Assembly: GCA_044222475.1 (NCBI GenBank)
Contig: JBGANF010000001.1
Coordinates: forward strand, 32,001 to 96,000
Reading direction: 5' to 3'
Origin: Polyangiaceae bacterium
Lineage (GTDB): Bacteria; Myxococcota_A; Polyangia; Polyangiales; Polyangiaceae
DNA: 64,000 nucleotides
The translations under genes and the position numbers were made by a program. Every line of letters begins with the position of its first letter. Positions within the stretch are counted from its first letter, which is position 1. The notes below the pieces were generated by a model, which saw only the letters and a program-made list of their open reading frames with translations, made no database searches and was not told where the DNA came from. Shown here in pieces: positions 57,909 through 64,000 of the stretch.

Positions 57909-59666
57909 CTAGAAGCCGAACGCCAGCGCGAGCTCGGGCTCGATCGAGAACGTGAACAGGTTGCCGAAGGCGAGCACCGGCCGAACGCCGAGCGAGATCG
58001 CCGCAGGGCCCGCCTTGAAGCGGATGCCGCCGGCAGGCGCGATGTAGATCGGACCACCGAGCGCATGCGCGTCGACTTGGCGCTTTCCGGTCGTCGTTTC
58101 GACTGGAACCGAGACGCTCGCGGTGTAGGGCGAGAAGCCGACGCCGACGCCGAAGTACGGCGCGACGCTCTTCATGACGCCGCCGAGCACGTAGGTGAAG
58201 CGGGCCTCGGCGATGACCGGCGCGGTCGGCATCGGGGTCGAGTAGCTGCCGGGGTAGCCGAAGAAGGCGAACCCGAGGCGCGCACCGATGAGGATGCTCT
58301 GCGTCACCGCATAGTCGAACGAGAGGTGGATGCGCAGGTTGCCGGGAGCGATACCGCCGTTGACCGCGCCCGCCTTGCCGGCGATCTGCTGCGAGAACTC
58401 GGTCGCGTTGTCGAGGCGGGGGTAGTCCTGCGACGACGCGGGGTCGTAGCAGCGGTACCCCTGCTCCGTCGCCGGGAGGGCCTGCGCGTTGACGAGGCAG
58501 ACGTCGCTCGCGCTCGGGAGCACGGTCAGGTCGAAGCCGATGCCGACGCCGATCCACACGCGCTTGAACTTGCTACCGCTCGACTTCGGCTCCGTGCACT
58601 TGAAGTCCTTGCAGGTGCTCGACTGGCACTCGCTGTCGGCTTCGCAGTCCTCGCCTCCGCCCTTGAGGGTCGGGCCGGCGGCCACGCACTTCTCGTCGAT
58701 GCAGCTGCCGCTGTCGCACTCCTCGGACTCGGAGCACTTCTCGCCCTCGCCGAGGAGGGTGTCACCGCGGCAACGGGCACCGGCAGGTCCGTCGGGGCAG
58801 TCGCTCGTCTTCTTGCACTGCTTGGGCGGCGGCTGGTTCGGCAGGTGCGGCGGATCGCCTTCGAGCTCCTTGCGGATCTTGACGATGTGCGGCTGGTTCT
58901 TGCTGCCGGTCGAGGCGATGTTGTCGCCGTCTTCGTTGAACGCTTGGACGTAGAACTTGAAGTCGCCCTCGAGGACGTCCTTGCAGTCGGCCGTGGCGCC
59001 GTAGCCGGAGCCCATCTTCTTGAGCTCGAGGGCCTTGAACTCGGTCGAGCCGTAGCCCTTGTATCGAGCGACGACCTTCTTCACCGTCTCGGAGCCGGTG
59101 TACTCGACGTAGATCGGAACCGGGGTGTCGACGCGCTGCTCGTCGATCTCCTGGAGGGTGAGATCGTTCGAGGCGGGGGCGCCGGTGCCCGTGCCGGTGG
59201 GCGAGCCGGTGCCCGTACCGGTGCCGGTCGGAGCGCCGCCGGCCTTGGTCTTGGCGGCGGCGAAGGCCGCTTCCATCTCCTTCGTCTTGTAGTCCGCGTT
59301 CAGCGTGATGGTCGGGTCGAGCTTGAGCGCTTCGACGAACGCGTTGGTCCCTTCGTCCTTCTTGTTCAGACCGCCGATGAGGACCGTCCCGAGGTCGCGC
59401 TGGAGCGCGGCGCGCAGCTTCGCGTTGCACTTGTCGGTGCCGCACATCTGAATCGCCTGGTTCAGCTTCTGCTGCGCCTTGGTGAACTCGGTGGTGAGGT
59501 AGTCCTCCTCCATCGCCTTCTTCTGGAGCGCGGTCGCCTTGCCCTCGGTCGCCGCGTCGGCCATGGCGCGCGACGAGTTGAGCACGATCGGGAAGACCGC
59601 TCCGAGGAGCGCGAGGCAAACGACCACGGCCTTGGCGGCAAGGTCGAAGCGGGAGGGGCGAGACAT
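57909..59666 (-). CDS. Secreted TPR + Cys-rich + outer-membrane beta-barrel-like protein
   Basis: Signal peptide, TPR helix, repeated CxxxxECxSxxC units, amphipathic strands ending in Phe. Confidence 0.7.
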   Translation of the reverse strand: MSRPSRFDLAAKAVVVCLALLGAVFPIVLNSSRAMADAATEGKATALQKKAMEEDYLTTEFTKAQQKLNQAIQMCGTDKCNAKLRAALQRDLGTVLIGGLNKKDEGTNAFVEALKLDPTITLNADYKTKEMEAAFAAAKTKAGGAPTGTGTGTGSPTGTGTGAPASNDLTLQEIDEQRVDTPVPIYVEYTGSETVKKVVARYKGYGSTEFKALELKKMGSGYGATADCKDVLEGDFKFYVQAFNEDGDNIASTGSKNQPHIVKIRKELEGDPPHLPNQPPPKQCKKTSDCPDGPAGARCRGDTLLGEGEKCSESEECDSGSCIDEKCVAAGPTLKGGGEDCEADSECQSSTCKDFKCTEPKSSGSKFKRVWIGVGIGFDLTVLPSASDVCLVNAQALPATEQGYRCYDPASSQDYPRLDNATEFSQQIAGKAGAVNGGIAPGNLRIHLSFDYAVTQSILIGARLGFAFFGYPGSYSTPMPTAPVIAEARFTYVLGGVMKSVAPYFGVGVGFSPYTASVSVPVETTTGKRQVDAHALGGPIYIAPAGGIRFKAGPAAISLGVRPVLAFGNLFTFSIEPELALAFGF

Positions 59667-59811
59667 TCTTCGCACGTCGATTCTCCGTTCGAGAGAGTAA
59701 GTGACCCCAGCGACTTACACCGAAACGACCCCTCCAAGCACGCAATAATTGCGGGGAACTTGGAATTGTCCGGTCTTTCGTCGCGGCGCGAGAGTAGCAG
59801 AAACGGCCGGG

Positions 59812-59835
59812 CGAAGGACAAGAGCTTGTCCTTCG
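59812..59835. terminator. Perfect hairpin downstream of OmpA gene (terminator or operator)
   Basis: CGAAGGACAAG-AG-CTTGTCCTTCG; no adjacent U-tract on the minus strand. Confidence 0.4.
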
Positions 59836-59851
59836 TTCGAACAGCTTTTTT

Positions 59852-60967
59852 TTAGGGGGTCGACGCCGGAGCTTCGCTGCGGATGAACTGAACGCGGCGG
59901 TTGAGCGCCTTGTTGGCTTCGCTGTTGTTCGGCACGAGTGGCTTGCTCTGGCCATAGCCCTTGGCGATGAGCCGCCCTGGCTCGATCCCGTGGGCCACGA
60001 GGTAGGCACGGACCGAGTCGGCGCGCTGCTGCGAGAGCTTCTGGTTGTACGGGGCGTTGCCGACGTTGTCGGTGTGACCCTGGACCTCGAGGCTGATCTT
60101 CGGGTTGGCCTTCAGGACCGCGACGATCTCGTCGAGGATCTTGAAGCTGATGTCCCCCTTGATGACCGCCTTGTTGAACTCGAACTGGATCTGCTGGGTG
60201 ATCCGGATCTCCTTCGCGGTGACGACGATGAGGGACGGGCAGCCCGGCTTCGGCCCAGTGGGAGAGCCGGGCGTGTTCGGGCACATGTCATCGACGTCGG
60301 CCACGGTGTCCGAGTCGTTGTCCTTGTCGGGGCAGCCGTCGTCATCCTGGAAGCCGTCGAAGTCTTCGGGCTCCTTCGGGCACTTGTCGGCGCCATCGGC
60401 GATGCCGTCCGCGTCGTTGTCCGGATCGGGGCAGCCGTCCTCGTCGAGGTAGCCGTCCTTGTCCTCGGCGATCATCACGCACTGGTCGACCGAGTCCGCG
60501 ATGCCGTCGTTGTCGGAGTCGGGATCGTCGGGGCAGCCGTCGGTGTCGTCGACGCCGTTGTACGTCTCGGGGTCGTTCGGGCACTTGTCGAGCGTGTCGA
60601 CGATGCCGTCGCCATCTTTGTCGCCCGGGCGCGGAATCGGCTTCGGCGCCGCTTGATCGGTGCACTTCTCGGCGTTGGTGTTGGCGAGCGCAGCGTGGGC
60701 GTTCGGCTCGGCGATCTCGACCTGCGCGACGGCGTCGCTGTACTGGCCCTGGTCGAGCTCGGTCTCGGCGAAGCGGAGGTGCGCGCGCGCCAGCGCGAGC
60801 TCGCGCGGGGCACACCGGCGCGCGCCCGCCTTCTCGGCCTTGTCGGCGACGTCGCTGAGGCCGGCGATGCGGCCGCGGAGCTGGGCACCCTGACAACCCG
60901 TCAAGGCAAGCGCGAGGGCGCAGGCGGCGGCGGTGAGCGTGAGGATGACGCGGGGACCGGCGCTCAT
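59852..60967 (-). CDS. OmpA-family lipoprotein with DUF4398-like and thrombospondin type 3 repeats
   Basis: DxDxDG..D..DxCP repeats; GHTD, LSQQRA, NRRVQF. Confidence 0.92.
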   Translation of the reverse strand: MSAGPRVILTLTAAACALALALTGCQGAQLRGRIAGLSDVADKAEKAGARRCAPRELALARAHLRFAETELDQGQYSDAVAQVEIAEPNAHAALANTNAEKCTDQAAPKPIPRPGDKDGDGIVDTLDKCPNDPETYNGVDDTDGCPDDPDSDNDGIADSVDQCVMIAEDKDGYLDEDGCPDPDNDADGIADGADKCPKEPEDFDGFQDDDGCPDKDNDSDTVADVDDMCPNTPGSPTGPKPGCPSLIVVTAKEIRITQQIQFEFNKAVIKGDISFKILDEIVAVLKANPKISLEVQGHTDNVGNAPYNQKLSQQRADSVRAYLVAHGIEPGRLIAKGYGQSKPLVPNNSEANKALNRRVQFIRSEAPASTP

Positions 60968-61275
60968 TCTTTCGCTCGCGCCTTCTTGGCTGCCTTCGAG
61001 AGCTCGATCGCCTTCTCGGCGTACTCCTCGGCGGTCTGCGCGAAATCCGCCGCGTCGGAGTAGCTCGCCTCGGCGGCTTCGACCTGCGCCTGCTCGAGGT
61101 GGGCCTTCGCGTAGTAGTACTCGTACGGGGCGGCCGTCTCGGCGCCGACCTCTCGCGCTTCTTCGAGGCGGTTCGCGGCGCTGTTCGCGTTCACGGCGTA
61201 GTAGACGCCGCCGCAGCCGGAGAGCAGCGGAAGAGCGAGCAGCCCAAGAGCGAGACCTAGCGCACGCCGAACCAT
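60964..61275 (-). CDS. DUF4398-family lipoprotein
   Basis: Lipobox LSGC, APYEYYYA; coupled to the OmpA gene. Confidence 0.8.
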   Translation of the reverse strand: MVRRALGLALGLLALPLLSGCGGVYYAVNANSAANRLEEAREVGAETAAPYEYYYAKAHLEQAQVEAAEASYSDAADFAQTAEEYAEKAIELSKAAKKARAKE

Positions 61276-61330
61276 CGAGAGGACGCTAACAAGTTTCCTC
61301 GATCCTCGGAAGATCCGTCTACGCCTTCCG

Positions 61331-61492
61331 GTGCCCGTGCCCGTGCCCGTGCCCGTGCCCGAAGAATCCCGCTGACAAACCTCGACCGAGACGCTGGCGA
61401 ACTGCCAATGCGTAGCGTCCTGCGAGCGCGCGATTTGCGAGTTCGTCAGCGTCTTCGATCGGGCACGGGCACGGGCACGGGCACGTTCACGG
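61331..61492. repeat. Long palindromic element with (GTGCCC)5 / (GGGCAC)4 arms
   Basis: Inverted hexamer arrays at 61331-61360 and 61461-61484 plus inner complementary arms GAAGA..CGCTGACAAACCTCG / CGAGTTCGTCAGCGTCTTC. Confidence 0.85.
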
Positions 61493-61514
61493 GGAGAGAC
61501 GGTCTTTTTGGAAG

Positions 61515-62174
61515 CTACATCCGGCGGTAGAGACCCACCACCACACCGAGCAGCATCGTCGGCTTGAAGTCCATCGCCCGCACCAGGATGGGCGCCATCG
61601 TCTTGTTTGCCGGCTGGAAGCGGACGTAGTCCTTCTCCGGGTAGTAGTACTTCACCGTCGCTTCGTCGCCGATGAGGGCCACTACGATTTCGCCGCGCGA
61701 CGCGGTGAGCTGCTTCTTCACGAAGATGTAGTCGCCGCTGAGGATCCCGGCGTCGATCATCGAATCGCCGTGCACTCGGAGACCGAAGATCTCGCGACCG
61801 CCCTTCAGCAGGACGCGATCGATCTTCACCGTGTCGATCACGTGCTCCTCGGCGAGAAGCGGCAACCCCGCCGCGACGCGCCCGAGCACCTGGATCTCGA
61901 CCATGTCCTCGTCGTTCGCGGCGGTGCCGTTCGTGAGCTCACCGGCGGTCGGCAGAGGCAGCTGCCCCGTCGGCCGGAGCGCGCGCGACTTCATGTCTTC
62001 GCGTGTCAGGTAACCCTTGCGCTCGAGCGCGCGGAGGTGATCGTTCACCCCGTTCGTCGACCGGATCCCCATGCGCGCACCGATCTCGCGGAGCGTCGGG
62101 GGGTACCCCCGATCCGCGATCGATTGCCGAATGTAGTCGAGGACCATTTGCTGCCGCTCGGTCAGGCCTTGCAT
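61515..62174 (-). CDS. lexA: SOS repressor LexA
   Basis: LTERQ, GYPPTLREI, VAAG cleavage site, GDSM, ATVK. Confidence 0.97.
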   Translation of the reverse strand: MQGLTERQQMVLDYIRQSIADRGYPPTLREIGARMGIRSTNGVNDHLRALERKGYLTREDMKSRALRPTGQLPLPTAGELTNGTAANDEDMVEIQVLGRVAAGLPLLAEEHVIDTVKIDRVLLKGGREIFGLRVHGDSMIDAGILSGDYIFVKKQLTASRGEIVVALIGDEATVKYYYPEKDYVRFQPANKTMAPILVRAMDFKPTMLLGVVVGLYRRM

Positions 62175-62183
62175 GATGCACGA

Positions 62184-62213
62184 ATCCTACCTGAACGTGC
62201 GTTGCGCCGTCAA
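62184..62213 (-). promoter_or_regulatory. lexA promoter with LexA box in the spacer
   Basis: TTGACG-18 nt-TAGGAT; spacer CGCAACGCACGTTCAGG resembles the Myxococcus LexA box CTRHAMRYBYGTTCAGS. Confidence 0.7.
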
Positions 62214-62302
62214 CAAATGGGCTTGGCGCATCCTTTCAGCCACTACGCCCGCGCAGCTGTGGGCAAATTGGCTGACCCTCTGGTGACCGGGGCCGTTGGG
62301 GG

Positions 62303-62989
62303 CTACTTGTGGGGCGAGAACGGCTTTCCGGCCTTCCAGAGGTCGATGAAGTGCATCTCGTGGTCCTCGCCGTGGCACGTGGCGCACTCGAGCGAGACCC
62401 CTTTGGCCTTCGGCTTCAGCTTCCCCACGAACGACGCGTCCATCCATTTGGAGAGAGCCCGCTTGTCGGTGCGATCGAGGATGGTCGTACTGCCCTGGTG
62501 GCAGGAGTCGCAAAACAACGCCGAGCCGTCGGCCATCGCGAAGCCCCGCGCGTAGTCGTCCCACATCTTCTCGGCCACTCGCTTGCGCGGGGTGGCCGCT
62601 GCGAGATCGTCCAGGTGACACCCGTTGCACTGCACGCCGAGCGACCTCGACAACAGCTTCATCACCTTGCGCAGCTTGTCCGGCTCGAGCTTCGCCATCG
62701 CTGGGAGGTTCTTCGGATCGAGACCGATGTCGGTGAGGTCTTGCGCCATCGCGGTGGTGATCGGCGCCTTCATGTGGCCTGGGGTCGCCGACGCCGAAGC
62801 GGACGCCGAAGCGGACGCCGAAGCGGAAACGGACGCCGAAGCGGAAGCGGACGCGGAAGCGGAAGCGGACGCCGAAGCGGAGGCGCTTCCCGCCGGCGGA
62901 ACGTTGGGGCCGGGCCCCGCGCCCGCGCACGCCGCGAGCGCCGACATCCCCAGAGACACCGCGAGAAGCAGCCCTTTTCCGATGCGCAT
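62303..62989 (-). CDS. Triheme c-type cytochrome lipoprotein
   Basis: CNGCH, CDSCH, CATCH; lipobox LAAC; (SA)n linker. Confidence 0.85.
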   Translation of the reverse strand: MRIGKGLLLAVSLGMSALAACAGAGPGPNVPPAGSASASASASASASASASASVSASASASASASASATPGHMKAPITTAMAQDLTDIGLDPKNLPAMAKLEPDKLRKVMKLLSRSLGVQCNGCHLDDLAAATPRKRVAEKMWDDYARGFAMADGSALFCDSCHQGSTTILDRTDKRALSKWMDASFVGKLKPKAKGVSLECATCHGEDHEMHFIDLWKAGKPFSPHK

Positions 62990-63005
62990 GGTCCCTAACC
63001 TACGG

Positions 63006-63503
63006 TCATTCGAACTTGTTGCTCGTCGAGAGGAACGCGAGCTTGTCGTTCATCTCGCGGAGGCGCGTCGAGAGCATGCGGACGCACGCCCAGAGCACCT
63101 CGTAGGCGAGATCTTTGTGGAGGAAGAGGAGATCGTCGAAGGATTCCTTGGTCATGACGAGGAGACGGCAACGCTCGTGGGCGCGCGCGTCGGCGGAGCG
63201 AGTCGACTCGTCGAGCAATGACATCTCGCCGAAGACCTCACCCGGACCGAGAACGGCCAATGCCTCCTCGCCCATTCCCGAGATCTCGCGCGAGATGCGG
63301 ACCTTGCCTTCGAGGATGATGAAGAGCTTGTCGCCCGGATCGCCGTACTGGAAGATCCGCGTGCCGAGCGCGTGCGACTCCTCCGTCGTCACCTTGGCGA
63401 TGAGCGACAGACTCTCGCGCGTGAGGCCCTCGAAGAACGCGACGCGCGCGAGCTGATCTTCTCGCGCCGAAGCCGTCTCTTGCGCTCTCGCTTCGGTCGC
63501 CAC
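63006..63503 (-). CDS. Stand-alone cyclic nucleotide-binding domain protein
   Basis: GDPGDKLFII, FGEMSLLD..RSA; no HTH. Confidence 0.88.
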   Translation of the reverse strand: MATEARAQETASAREDQLARVAFFEGLTRESLSLIAKVTTEESHALGTRIFQYGDPGDKLFIILEGKVRISREISGMGEEALAVLGPGEVFGEMSLLDESTRSADARAHERCRLLVMTKESFDDLLFLHKDLAYEVLWACVRMLSTRLREMNDKLAFLSTSNKFE

Positions 63504-63519
63504 GCCTCGTTCTCCCCCT

Positions 63520-64000
63520 TCAGTGCTGAGCCGCGAGCCAACGCTCCGCTTCGAGCGCCGCCATGCAGCCCGAGCCGGCGGCGGTCACCGCTTGACGATA
63601 GACGAAGTCTTGGACGTCGCCCGCGGCGAAGACGCCGGCGACGCTCGTCTGCGCCGTGCCGGGCTTGGTCTTGATGTAGCCGTTGTCGTGGAGGTCGAGC
63701 TGACCGGTGAACAGGTCGGTGTTCGGGGTGTGGCCGATCGCCACGAAGAACCCGGTGACCGGGACCTCGTCGAGCTTGCCGGTCTTGAGGTTCTTGAGCC
63801 GAACGCCGGTGACCTCGCCCTTCGACACGTCGAGGATCTCGTCCACCGCGCTGTCGTAGCGGACCTTGATCTTCGGGTTCTTGAACACGCGGTCCTGCAT
63901 CGTCTTGCTCGCGCGGAAGCTGTCGCGCCGGTGCACGAGCGTGACGGTCTTGCAGAGCCCGGAGAGGTACATCGACTCTTCCATGGCCGTGTCACCGCCG
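63520..64000 (-). CDS. trxB: Thioredoxin reductase, 5'-truncated by window edge
   Basis: GGDTAMEE, VHRRDSFRAS, GVFAAGDV, YRQAVTAAGSG. Confidence 0.95.
   Translation of the reverse strand, partial: GGDTAMEESMYLSGLCKTVTLVHRRDSFRASKTMQDRVFKNPKIKVRYDSAVDEILDVSKGEVTGVRLKNLKTGKLDEVPVTGFFVAIGHTPNTDLFTGQLDLHDNGYIKTKPGTAQTSVAGVFAAGDVQDFVYRQAVTAAGSGCMAALEAERWLAAQH

Noticed and set aside
60290..60625. Repeated DNA inside the OmpA gene
   Set aside because: Explained by ordinary thrombospondin type 3 protein repeats
61331..61492. CRISPR array
   Set aside because: Contiguous hexamers without unique spacers; no cas genes in the window

Overview
High-GC, gene-dense 64 kb window that looks like a myxobacterium (Polyangiales-like: MYXO-CTERM protein, AgmX/GltJ-like protein, Pro-rich lipoproteins, Ser/Thr kinase, Myxococcus-type LexA box). 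It is mostly housekeeping and envelope genes: dprA-topA, greB, def, corA, psd, glnB, metK, gcvTH, lysA, pyk, lexA and a partial trxB. No rRNA, tRNA or CRISPR array was recognised. Four things stand out. (1) A tightly coupled four-gene operon (31336->26384) encodes a V4R/H-NOX-like histidine kinase, a ThDP enzyme and two citrate-synthase-fold proteins with degenerate catalytic motifs; it is a candidate small-molecule make-and-sense cassette. (2) A GxxExxY nuclease gene is bracketed by ~50 bp inverted repeats, with a solo copy and a gene-less sequence variant elsewhere in the window, resembling a RAYT/REPIN-type mobile system. (3) fabH carries an internal frameshifting deletion. (4) At least nine genes have a -10 hexamer 6-8 nt before the start codon, suggesting leaderless mRNAs. 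All assignments come from motifs read by eye; no database searches were run.
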